Shown here one piece after another: positions 1 to 11,941 of a stretch of 64,000 bases of DNA. The notes beneath the pieces are model-generated. The model saw only the letters and a list, made by a program, of their open reading frames with translations, ran no database searches and was not told the origin of the DNA. Both the position numbers and the translations under genes were made by a program. The DNA is from Octopus vulgaris (taxonomy: Eukaryota): NCBI GenBank assembly GCA_951406725.2, contig OX597829.1:30442001-30506000 (forward strand), given 5' to 3'. Positions within the stretch are counted from its first letter, which is position 1. Each line of letters begins with the position of its first letter.

Positions 1-628
1 AACAGAATCATCAATTTCTTTTTCAATCCGTGTGATTATTTCTCTTGTTCCAATGGAACTACCATTCTGCCGAGTGTATTTTATTTTCAAGCAACCTAAA
101 TCTTGCTTCTTGAAAAGTCTACTGGGCTTCTTTGTTCATACCATGTCCATAACTCGTTAGTATTGATTTTGAGCATAATAATTCCTTACCAAGGGAATCA
201 ATATCTTGTCAACAACAACAACAACAATAGCAGCAACACCAAAAGCATTGATTTTATTGATATTTCTAGTATTCATTTTAAATGTTTTTAAATTGTTCTT
301 TTATCTCGTTATTTTCTTCTTCTTCTTCTCCTTCTTCTTCTATCATTTATTATCTATTTACCTTTCCTTCTACCAAGCTCCATCATCATTGTGCAAGTCA
401 TTTTCTAACATTAAAAAAAAATTGAAGTAAAATTCAGGTTCACAAAATGTGTAGCACTTCAAATCCAGATGGTGTACTAAATATATGTGAAATATGGAAA
501 TATATGTACACACACACACACAAATGCATATATGTGTGAGCTTCTGTCTGTGTATGCATGTATGTATGTTTCTACTTACATAGATATATATGTGTGAGTA
601 TGAGTATATGTTAGTATGTAACTGTGCA

Positions 629-671
<43 letters not shown>

Positions 672-1228
672 GGAGATAGATAGATAGATAGATAGATAGA
701 TGCATCTAGGTTTACAAATGAGGGAAAAAACACTCAAATCTTGTAGAAGAGTTTTCTTATCTGAACCTGAGGTGTCCCTCTGTCCCAGCTCCAATTTTTG
801 CAACAACACAATGCACAAGTACATACACCAATATCTTTAACACAATATAGTGAATATACATTTATACATACATGCATGTGTGTGTGGATGGGTGATTGTT
901 TGTTTGTGTGTTTTATATGACTTAAATAGTCATTACACATGCTGAAAATGTGCAGTTTGATACATGTATAATTTCAAGCAACCAACCCTTTGGTTGACTT
1001 CACCAATTAGTGGTTTAAAAACATATGGAAAGAAAGAGAAAGAGAGAGAGAGAAAGAGAGAGAAAGACAAACACAGAGTGTGTGCATATGTATGTGTATC
1101 TATATATGTATGTGTGCATTTATATATGTATGTCTGGATGTTTGTATGTTAGCATGCATGTGTGTATATAAGCATGTATGTATGTGTTTATATATATATA
1201 GTTTTTGAAATCAATGAGTTGGTGGACC

Positions 1229-2560
1229 CATATCAATATGGACTAGAAGCCATTAAATTCTGGTTATTGGAATACCCCAATAAGGTCCCAGAAAGAATAA
1301 AAAAAGAATTTATCATCGAGGGCCTTAAGTTTATCCTCCAAAACAACTTTTTGAATTTTAATAATAATACCTACAGATGGCTATGAGGGACTGCAATGGG
1401 TACTGAAGTTGCCCCTACTTATGCAAACCTGATGATGGCCTATCTAGAATTAAAAAATTTATTAAGAGTCCAAATATAAATACAGCCTGTCTTTCCACAA
1501 ATACCTGTTGGAGAATTGGAAACACTACTTGGATGATTGCCTCATCCTATGGTCCCACACACTTGACCAACTCATTGATTTCAGAAACTTAATCAACAGT
1601 GTCAACAACCATATCCAATTTACAATGGAATATAGTCAAGACCAACTTCCTTTTCTTGACATTCTTATTATTAAAAAAGGCACCAACATTGAAACTGATA
1701 TCTACTACAAACCAACTGATTCCAAACAATACCTTCTGTTCACCTCCAATCACCCAAAGCACATGAAGACAAACATCCCCTTCAACCTAGCGAGAAGAAT
1801 CTGTACAATTGTCTCAAATTATAGAACATGAACTGAAAGACTCCAAGAACTAAAGGCAATTCTTCTCAAAAGACATTACCCAGCACCATTAGTTGACAAT
1901 GGAATAGAATGGGCTAAGACAATTGCTACCCAAGTCTTATGAAAACCAAAACACACTCATGGTACATTAAATAGTCTCCCATATCTCTCAACACACAATC
2001 CAAGAAATGCAGAAGCTCATGCAATTATATACAAGAACATCCCACTACTGAGTCAAGACCCACGTCTAAAAAAAGCACTTGAAACCCATAAAATAATAAA
2101 AAGCAAAAGACAACCCAAATCCCTAAAAAACTTACTCACCAATGCAAAATTATACAACACAAGCCCACACCCACCGTCAAAAAATGTGGTCGTTCCAACT
2201 ACAGGACTTGCATCCACCTCATTGAAGGAACAGTATACAAATTCCAGTTGAGACACACTTTGTCTTAAAAAATAACTTCATCTGCGCATCAAAGAATTTG
2301 CTTTATGCCATAAGGTGTGAAGGGTGCCAGAAAGATTATATAGAGCAAATGAGCCTTACCCTCAGAGAAAGGATTACAGTTCATGGCCAACAACTGAGGG
2401 ATCCCACCACAAGACAGACAAATACCACTTAGTGGTCACTAAGATCTCTGTGTACAAAACAAGTCCCCCAAATTCCTAGTTTTCCCACTATACCAATGCC
2501 CAGACAACACCATTGACCAAACACGAATAAATAGGGAAAATAATCTTATTCAAAAATTAA
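1229..2560 (+). mobile_element. Penelope-like retroelement (PLE) remnant, RT plus GIY-YIG endonuclease, disrupted by stops and frameshifts
   Basis: Translations give 'FILQNNFLNFNNNTYR*GTAMG...APTYANL', 'WKHYLDDCLILW' (YxDD) and 'LPFLDILI...ETDIYYKPTDSKQYL', then 'NLLYAIRCEGCQKDYI' (GIY-YIG-like) near 2295-2345. This is the typical PLE domain order. Confidence 0.9.
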
Positions 2561-3109
2561 CATACCCCGCCAGGTACACATCCACAACAACACATACAGA
2601 AACATATACAGATGTACAAAATAACTTTTCAACTCTATTTTACTATTATCAACATTTGCTGTTTTATTAAATTATGCTACCGAAATCCCAAAAGGATATT
2701 TTTCTCGCTCGTGTTCTGACCATCTTCACTTTGGTACCCCCCCTCTCTCTCTCTGTCTCACTCTGTTTCTGTCTCTGGGCCTCACTCTGTTTGTCTATCT
2801 GTCAGTCTCTCTTTCAATTACCTTTCGCTTCACCAAGACTTCCTCCTCCACCACCATCCCCATCCTATATAAACTAGTGCATGCACTCGGATTCCCCTAC
2901 TCAATTTTTTAATACCTCTGCCAAAAGAATACGTATTCAGAAGATGCTCTCGCCTAAATTTGCTAGTTAGCAGTACACCCACCCTCTCCACCTGTACCAG
3001 AAGTCCTATCCTCAAGTTGAATTGAAAGCTATTGTTTGTTTATGAATTCTACCAAATGTGAGCTTTCTTTTTAGGTACATGACACTGCTGTCCCTCGTCC
3101 CAGAGTCTC

Positions 3110-6100
3110 ATGGGCCCACACCTCCCACACCCTTAGGGTTGGCAGTCTCAATGTCGGCACACTGAAAGGTAGGTCTGGTGAGATTGTTGAGATGCTTGAA
3201 CAGAGACAAGTAGATTTATGCTGCCTCCAAGAAGTAAGGTGGAGAGGAGGTTCCACTTGGTTCCTCACAGGCAAACAACACAGGTACAAGATTTTCTGGG
3301 CAGGGAACACTGTCGGTGTTGGGGGCATAGATATAATTCTTGCAGAGAAATGGGTTGATAAGGTTATCGAGGTAGTCAGAGTATGCAACAGAATACTTAA
3401 GATTAGATTAGTGCTTCATCATGGGTTAGCAACCATTATCTTGGCCTATGCCCCTCAGCCAGGGCTACCCGATGGACAGAAAGACCAGTTTTATGACACC
3501 CTCTTGCAGACTACCTCGTTGACGAATGACAAGGACCTTCTCTTTGTGGCTGGTGACTTCAATGAACATGTTGGACAACATACAAGGTGTTTCCATGGCG
3601 TACATGGAGGTTATGGTTTTGGTTCCTGCAATGAGGAGGAAACCAGGCTGCTGGAGTTCTGCGATGCAAATGATCTTATGGTTTGCAATGCTAACTTCAG
3701 GAAACCTGCCAGTCATCTAGTTACCTACCGTTCTGGCAGACATACTAGCCAAATTGACTACATCTTCACCAGGAAAAGGGAAAGATGGCTGCTTATAAAT
3801 GCCAAAACCTTCCCAGGCGAAGAATGTACCCCACAACATAGACTGGTACTTAGTGACTTCAGGATCAGGACTAAATAGATGCCCAGAAGGCGACCAGCAT
3901 GGAGGAGAAGGTTCTGGAGCTTAAAGATCCTGCGAATGGACAGAGATTTAGAGACATATTACTTGAAGCCTTTGACGAAATAGAAGGGGATATATCCTCA
4001 CACAATGTAGAAGACAACTGGAGGTTTCTGCTGAGGGCCACTGACCAAATCTGTGGATTGTGCAAAGTCCCCTCTCAACCCAAAATAACATAGTGGTGGA
4101 ACAATGTTGTTGACAGGGCTATTAGAGTAAAGAAACTGGTTTGGAAGGACTGGAAGAATGGTGGTAGCAGGGAATAGTATCAGACGGGAAGCTAAGAGAC
4201 AGGTTTATTTAGCCAGAGGGGAAGCAGATAGGAAAAAAATTGCCAACATTCTGCACCGTGAAGACCAAAGACTTGAGGTATCTCATGTTGCAAGACAGTC
4301 TGTGAGAGAGAATTGTGATGTCATAGGAGAGAAATGTGTCCGCATGGATGATGGTTCACTTGCACTAGATGAGGCTGCAAAGAGAGAGATTTCGAGACGC
4401 CACTATGAAAGGTTGCTGAATAAAGAAAATGAATGGGAGAAAGAGAGTCTGCCGAATGTCGACCCAAAAGAGGGACCAGCTTTCTGAATTGACAGCACCT
4501 TGGTAGATAAAGCAATTAAGATTATTAAGACAGAGAAAGCCCCTGGCCCATCAGGAATCACTGCAGAGATGCTCAAAATATCTGGCGGTATTGGCTATAG
4601 CCTAGTCACCTGTATAGTTAACCAGGTGATACACGAAGTAGTCATGCCCAATGACTGGTGTAGCAGCATAATAGTCAACTGCTACAAAGGTAAAGGTAAC
4701 GCTTTAGATACAAATAATTAGAGGTATCAAGTTGTTGGATCAGGTAATGAAGGTCACGGAGAGGGTCATAGCCCAACTAATTAGAGAGAGAGTCAGTTTA
4801 GATGAGTTGCAGTTTGAGTTCGTGCCAGGGAAAAGCACCACTGATGCTATATTTCTGGTAAGACAGCTGCAGGAGAAATACCTAGCCAAAGATAAACCTC
4901 TGTACCTGGCTTTCATTGACATGGAGAAAGCTTTTGACAGGGTCCCCCAATCCCTTATCGAGTGGTCAATGAGGAAACTAGGGATAGATGAATAGTTAGT
5001 GAGAGCTGTGCAAGCCATGTACAGGGATGCTGTCAGTAAGGTGAGGGTTGGCAACGAGTACGGTGAAGAATTCAAGGTAGAGGTAGGGGTCCACCAAGGT
5101 TCAGTCTGCCCCCTCCTATTTATCATAGTCTTCCAGGCAATAACAGAGAAATTCAAGACAGGATGCCCCTGGCACCTCCTCTATGATGATGACCTTGCTC
5201 TAATTGCTAGTCACTATCAGAATGAGAGGAGAAGTTTCAGGTGTAAAAGCAAGGATTAGAATCGAAAGGCCTTAGAGTCAACCTAGCTAAAACCAAAGTC
5301 CTAATAAGCAGGAAGGCAGACAAACCACAAATCCCTCTAGGTAGATGGCCCTGCTCAATCTGTAGAAAAGGCGTAGGTAAAAACTGTATAAGATGTACCC
5401 AGTGTAAGCTATGGACACATAAGAAGTGCAGCAATATCAAAGGAAGGCTAACTGGGAAGATAGTTTTTGTATGTGGCAGATGCTCAGGAGCAATAAACAC
5501 TGAAAATATGCAGAGAACAACTTCCGCCAGATTCCAGGGAGAAAAACTAGAAGTAGTTGATAGCTTCCATTACCTAGGTGACCAAGTAAGTAGTGGGGGA
5601 GGGTGCACTGAAAGTGTACCTGCTAGAATAAGAATAGCCTGGGCAAAGTTCAGAGAGCTCTTACCTCTGCTGGTAACAAAGGGCCTCTTGCTCAGAGTAA
5701 AAGGTAGACTGTATGACGCATGTGTATGAACAGCCATCTACATGGCAGTGAAACATGGGCCATGACTGCTGAGTATATGCGTAAGCTCGCAAGGAATGAA
5801 GCTAGTTTGCTCTGCTGGATGTGTAATGTCAGTGTGCCTACTCGATAGAGTGTAAGTACCTCGAGAGAAAAGTTGTCCCTAAGAAGCATCAGATGTGATG
5901 TGCAAGAGAGACGACTGCATTGGTATGGTCATGTGGCAAGAATGGATGAGGATAGCTGTGTGAAAAAGTGCCACACCCTAGCGGTTGAGGGAACCTGTGG
6001 AAGAGGTAGACCCAGGAAGACCTGGGATGAAGAGGTAACGCATGAACATTAGGCCTCACTGAGGCAATGACTAGTGACTGAGACCTTTGGAAATATTCAG

Positions 6101-6120
6101 TACGTGAGAAGACTCAGCAA
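3110..6120 (+). mobile_element. RTE-clade LINE, near full-length ORF (APE endonuclease plus RT), inactivated
   Basis: ORF 3192-3878 has APE motifs (CCLQEVRW, AYAPQ, VAGDFN, SQIDY). Downstream fragments give KAPGPSGI, FIDMEKAFDRV, GVHQGS, LLYDDDL and RLHWYGHV. Several stops and frameshifts; the 3' UTR is missing. Confidence 0.95.
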
Positions 6121-6124
6121 TCCC

Positions 6125-6555
6125 CTACATAGAGCACAAACACACATTCCAAGAAAAAACACATACATATATACACTTGCAATATGATTCTAGCAATGAT
6201 AACCAGCATTCACACACACATACGTAAACACGTACATGCACACACCTACACATACCATCCTGACAATCACAAATTACATTCACACAAACACACATACACA
6301 GAATCACACACAAACACGCAAATACAACACAACTCCCCCACACACATATATATGCACACATATATACATACACACACACAAACACAATACGCCTGTTCCC
6401 CAGTAAAAAATCACACACAAACACACTCAAAATACACACAATGCAATCCCAACAATCACTCACAAACACAAACACACAAGCATGCACACACACAATGACA
6501 CCCCCCCCCCGACAAATACAAGACACACTCACACCCACACGTATACACACACACT
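6125..6555. repeat. Degenerate CA-rich low-complexity tract
   Basis: Interrupted (CA)n/(ACAC)n runs. The ORFs here (HT- and CV-rich) are repeat artefacts. Confidence 0.85.
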
Positions 6556-7720
6556 GTAACAGTCCAGTGTAGCTGGCTGTAAATAGGTACCACAGTGTGG
6601 TATACTTCACTGTACTATATCTATGACCAAGACACTTAACTGTCTACACTCCAGTCTACCTAGCTGTAAAACGATACCACAGTGTGGTATAGTTCAATGT
6701 ACTGTGTCCATGAAAAACACACTTACATGTGAACAGTCCAGCTTACCTGGCTGTAAGTAGGTACCACAGTGTAATATAATTCTCTATACTATGTTGTCCA
6801 TGACCAACACACACAATTGTCAACAGTCCAGTCTACCTAGCTATAAGTAGGTACCGCTGTGTGGTATACTTCCCAGTAGCATTTCTATGACCAACAAATT
6901 TAAGTGTCCAAAGTCCAGTCTACCTAGTTGAATGTAGTCTCCACTGTACTGTGTCCATGATGAATCCACTTAACTGTCAACAGTCCAGCCTACCTAACTG
7001 TAAGTAGGTACCACAATGTTTTATAGCTCACTGTACTATGTCCATAACACAAACACTTCAAGGTCAACAGTCCAGTCCACCTAGCTGTAAGTAGGTACCA
7101 CAGTGTGGTATAGTTTACTGTACTGTGTCAACAAACAACACTCTTAACTGTTCACAGTCCAGTCTACCTAGCTGTAAAGAGGTACCACAGTGTGGTATAG
7201 GTCCCTGTACTGTGTCCATGACCAACACACTAGTGTCCACAACCCAATCTACCTAACTGTAAGTAGATTCCTCAACGTGGTATAGTTCACTGTATTGTGT
7301 CTATTAACTACACACTTAACTGTCCACAGTCCAGTATACCTGGATGCGAGTAGGTAGCACAGTGTGGTATACTTCACTGTACTGTGTCCATGACGAATAC
7401 ATTTACATGTCAACAGTCCACTCTACCTAGGTGTAGGTAGGTATCACAGTGTAGATTAGTTCAATGTACTGTGTCTGTGACCAAAACACTGAACTGTCAA
7501 CAGTTCAGTCTACCTAGTTGTCAGCTTGTACCACAATGTGGTATACTTCACTGTACTGTGTTCATGACCAACACATTTAAATGTCAGCAGTCCATTCAAC
7601 CTAGCTATAAGTAGGTATCACAATGTGGTATACTCCACTGTACTGTGTCCACCAAAGTGTGGTATACTCCACTGTACTGTGTCCATAGCCAACACACCTA
7701 TCAACAGTCCAGTCTACCTT
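6556..7720. repeat. Tandem satellite/minisatellite, ~87-bp unit, ~14 copies
   Basis: The anchor 'cagtccagtctacctagctgtaagtaggtaccacagtgtggtata' recurs near 6560, 6648, 6734, 6824, 6911, 6981, 7068, 7155, 7241, 7327, 7413, 7501, 7588 and 7705. Confidence 0.95.
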
Positions 7721-8389
7721 TCAGTATCTTTCACTATCCATAGAAAAATGTCATTTACTCAACTGTTCTAATCAGACATTTTATTTTGATTCTCACATAT
7801 AAAAGTTATGATTTTCATCAAAGTACAGAGAGATTCCAAATAAGATATATGAAGCTTACAGTGTCATTTTGTAAGGTAAATAGATTGGGTACCCTCAATG
7901 TTGAACGTAAAATAATTTTCACTATAACAAACATACATGTATCAAGTGAGACATGCAGTTTTACATGAATGAAACAGACAGACTTTTAAAACATGTTAAT
8001 TTTCTTAATTATCTAGTTAATATTAAAGTACATGGATCGCTGAGCTTGTACAGAGTAGTTAACTGGAATTTGAGAAGTACAGAGGCTGATTCTCTGTAGT
8101 GGTTTGTTGGCCACTTTCTAAAAAAGGCAGTGAGCCAGCACATTGAGTGAGATGCTTAGTGGCACTGTGTCCGTTTTTACATTCTGAGAGTTCAAATTCT
8201 GCCAAGATCACCTTTGCTTTTCATCCTTTTGGGGTGCATAAAATTGCACACTGGGGGTTTAATGGTGTGCTAAAAAGAGGGAAAGTACATATTTTATTAC
8301 CATCACTTTTCAGAATAAAATTATTACTTAACTCTTAAAAATAACTTTATTCTATCAAGCTCAGCAAGAACTTTGTTATTTTACATATA

Positions 8390-9226
8390 CAGACTTGCCA
8401 AAACTTTGCATAGTCTCAAGATTTTACTCATAATTTCATGCACTCACAAAACTTTTCTCATACTTTTTCCAAAGATTAACTCTAAAAAACTTTAGAATGA
8501 CTAAAGATTTATCTCAGTCCCAAAGCACAATTTTAGCCTACATCTAGACCGCTCAATGAAGAGTTTGTTTATATTCCAAAAGTTTTTCCAACACAACAGA
8601 TTATTGGAACCAGCTATATTGTTTCAAACTGCAGCAATCCTTATTTTCACTAAAAGTTAGTTGTTCTGTATAGTCACATGAAACAGAAATGATTGTTCAA
8701 CACTGTTAGGAAGAATAAGTCAGACAGTCGCTCTAAGCCAGCTCTAGATGGTTCACTTTCTAGTATTCTGCGAAATCTTAGTGTCCAGAGCCCACAACAC
8801 CATTTTCAACTTCAAGCTTGAAGCAGAATTGCTGAAAAGTGCTAAGAATGCAGCTTTTAATTATAATAAGCACAAAAAGGGCTAAAAGCTTAAAAATGAC
8901 TTGAATGTTATTAACTTATGTTATATTTACTCTATGGTTCGGCTATTTATGTTCTTGACTCGACTGGTTCTGTTGTTTATGCTCTAACTTTGAATTATAT
9001 TTACAATACACGTTTGTTCTTTCTTATCACACAAAAAGGATATTAATAAAAGCACTACATTTCGTTGTTTACTGTAGATATCAACTGACACTGAATCTCA
9101 ATTGTGCTTACACTAAAACTGGTTCTTCCAGAAAATTTGACATATTTCACTACTTTTTATCATTTCTCACTACATTTTCTAGCTCCAGGTTCAAATTCTC
9201 ACGACTTTTCAGGGTAGGCAAGTCTG
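8390..9226 (+). mobile_element. hAT-type DNA transposon deletion derivative
   Basis: TIR 'cagacttgcc' (8390) and 'ggcaagtctg' (ends 9226). Internal 'LFNTVRKNKSDSRSKPALDGSLSSIL...ELLKSAKNAAFNYNK' resembles a hAT C-terminal dimerisation region. No TSD was recognisable. Confidence 0.6.
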
Positions 9227-9737
9227 GATTTAACGTTCGAGGGATTATGATTAAGAACTGTGTTAACTTTCAATTTAAATTTACAGACATATTTTTACGA
9301 ATGTGGATCCAGTTCTTTTTCTTTTTTTTTTTTTGTCAATCATGACAAAATCTAGAAATTTTGAATCCACAGAGAAACCTTTAGAAAGTATTCGAAAATA
9401 AATAAATAAATAAGATCCAAGTTTTGATAAAGTCAGAAATGAAAAGCAGAAATAAAGAATTTATTGAATTTTCTAATGAATTTTGGCGAGTGAATATGTC
9501 AAATGAAACTTTAGTTGAAAAATATCAAATAGTTTACTCGACAAAAAGAGCTCGGCTACAAACAAACCAATGTTTCTCGGATATAAATAAGAAAGAGAAA
9601 AATTATAAAGAGAAACCAAAAATATTATTGGAGAAGTCGTTGTCTGGGCCAGGTATTCAAATGTCAGGAGACAAGCTGGCAGAATCATTTATAACAAAAA
9701 TTTAAGATCAATGTTAGAGCTTGTGATGTAATAAGTT

Positions 9738-9828
9738 GGCGGAGGTAAAGAATACGTACACCACAGGTTTTCGGCGTAACTAAAACCCTAACCCTAACCA
9801 TCGTGTGTACGTATTCTTTACCTTCGCC
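9738..9828. mobile_element. 91-bp palindromic mini-element (Merlin-like ends) with an internal telomeric repeat
   Basis: TIR 'ggcggaggtaaagaatacgtacac' / 'gtgtacgtattctttaccttcgcc'. Flanks aataagtt / tataagtt form a 7/8 TSD. Spacer contains aaccctaaccctaacc. Confidence 0.75.
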
Positions 9829-9915
9829 TATAAGTTTACATTTGTGACTGATTTTTCATCATTTACTGTTTTTTCTTTCTATTTGCACAATTTACACTTG
9901 TAACAAGTTGGAAGC

Positions 9916-10321
9916 GGCGATCTTTCGTCTCTAGTAGACCTTTCCGTCGATTTCCGTAAAAAAATTTTTTTTTTACATATGGGCTTGCGGGAACTTTTGA
10001 AGTAATATACATACATATACACATACACCGAGTAAAAAATTTCAGTTATCTCTTTCTTTCACACACACACTAACAGAAGCACTTCACTTACACAACATAC
10101 TGTCTGTCTCCCACACCCCATCAAACACACACACACACACACATGTACATCAATGCTTCCCATGCACGGTAACTTCAAAAGAACTTCCCTCGTCATACAA
10201 TCGCTTTCTCTTAGACTCTTTCGCTCTCATTACTTCAAAAGTTCCCGCAAGCCCATATGTAAAATAAAAAAGATTTTTTACGGAAATCGACGGAAAGGTC
10301 TACTAGAGACGAAAGATTGCC
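9916..10321. mobile_element. MITE with ~90-bp TIRs and 9-bp TSD (Merlin- or Mutator-like)
   Basis: Starts 'ggcgatctttcgtctctagtagacctttccgtcg' and ends 'ggtctactagagacgaaagattgcc'. Perfect TSD gttggaagc at 9907-9915 and 10322-10330. Confidence 0.9.
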
Positions 10322-10415
10322 GTTGGAAGCTTAGTTTCTTTCTTTTCCTATTTTTTTTATTTGTTTAACTTATCTATAGAAGAATCGCTAGCGCATCGGA
10401 CAAAAAGTCATTTGA

Positions 10416-10625
10416 AGGCGGTGAGCTGGCAGAAACGTTAGCACGCCGGGCGAAATGCTTAGCAGTATTTCGTCTGCCGCTACGTTCTGAGTTCAAATTC
10501 TGTCGAGGTCGACTTTGCCTTTCATCCTTTCAGGGTCGATAAATTAAGTACCAGTTACGCACTGGGGTCGATTTAATCGACTTAATATCTTTGTCTGTCC
10601 TTGTTTATCCCCTTTATGTTTAAGA
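10416..10625 (+). mobile_element. tRNA-derived SINE, family M (Meta-domain-like)
   Basis: A-box-like 'ggtgagctggcagaaacg', B-box-like 'gagttcaaattc' and central 'gaggtcgactttgcctttcatcctttcagggtcgataaattaagtaccag'. Many copies occur in the window. Confidence 0.85.
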
Positions 10626-11888
10626 ATGACTAAAAGTTTATCTTAGTCAATTTCAGCCTACGTCTAAGACCGCCCAGTGAAGACTTTGTTGATATTCCAA
10701 AAGTTTTTCCAACAGATTATTGGAACCAGCTATATTGTTTCAAATTGCAGCAATCCTTACTTTCACCAAATTCAGTCTATAGTTACAACGAAATGAGCCA
10801 TGTATACATCTGCCATCCATGGAAACCCTTGGCAGATGTATTACTAATATAATTGTCTTACCTGGTGTGCTGTGCAAGATCGCCTCAGTGACAGAAACAA
10901 ATCTTGATGATAATTTTATATTCAAAGGAAAAAAGAATATTTCTCAGCGGAACAACAAGAGCAACATTAAACCAAGAATTAAACAGTGGAGACATTTCTG
11001 ATGTTCAGTACGTTGTGGGTGGAGCAGATTCGCATCAAAGAGTAAGGATCTACTAGACTGCTATCCAGGTAATATCGTCCATAGGTGAAGGGCTATCACA
11101 ATGAACATTGCATATCAGTGTTGTAGCTTACTTGTGATCATGAACTGATAATTTTGTTGTTGGGGTTCAAATTCCTACAAGTACAATACATTTTATGCTG
11201 CAACATGGGGAAATATTGAATATTTCTTAGACATGTTTTCATCAATAAAATCCTTAGAAAGCATTGATTTTGATTCCGTTCATGAGGAAATCGTTGATTA
11301 CTGTTTTTTCTTCTCTATTTGCGCAATGTACGTTTGCATTTTAGGTAACAAGTTAGAAGCTTACTTTCTTTCATTTTGTATTTGTTTTTTAAAGTTCAAT
11401 TTGCTTATCTGTAGAAGAATTTTTAGTGCGTCAGACAAAAATGTTTAGCGGTATTTCTCAGGCTCTTTTCGTTCAGAGTGCAAATCCGGCCTAAGTCAAC
11501 TTAACCTTTTACTCTTCAAGTGTCGTTAGTAATGAAGTACTGGACCAATGCAATCGATTTGCCCCCTACCCTCAACACTGCCAGCCTTGTACCAAATTTC
11601 TCATTTTGTGAAGTCTTCTTCGATATAGTGCTTAGTACCAAATGAAAGCTGATCGAGCAGGCGTTATGACCAAAGAATTCTGATAACCGACTCTTTTTAT
11701 TAAGATTATGTATAACTACATGATCTATTACATCTGTTCACTTTCTTTTATTTTTGGAGCAAAGTGTATATTAGACAACACTATTCATTGTGTCCTCCTT
11801 TTTAAGATGACAGTGTAGTTTGAGAGAGATTTGACTGCTATTTCTAGCAGGTCGAATATCTTCAGTGTCTTTACACCCATAAAAGTAA

Positions 11889-11941
11889 ATTTGCATTATT
11901 CAGCTGATGTCACTTCCGGCTCCTTTGTTTAACAGGTATGT
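11889..11941 (+). promoter_or_regulatory. Candidate housekeeping-type promoter with a short first exon and donor site
   Basis: Octamer ATTTGCAT (11889), abutting CRE-like/ETS motif TGATGTCACTTCCGG, pyrimidine initiator-like CTCCTTTG and AG|GTATGT donor at 11936. A matching acceptor 'tttctttctattttag' ends at 12182. Motif evidence only. Confidence 0.35.

Noticed and set aside
370-1200. ORFs rich in YI/SL/HT/CV/ER dipeptides (also 6125-6610, 41073-42189, 61123-61391)
   Set aside because: These are translations of microsatellites, not genes.
6556-7720. 87-bp repeat as a CRISPR array or a 29-aa repeat protein such as a zinc finger
   Set aside because: There are no unique spacers, the context is eukaryotic, the unit has stops in all three + frames, and the track shows no ORF on either strand.
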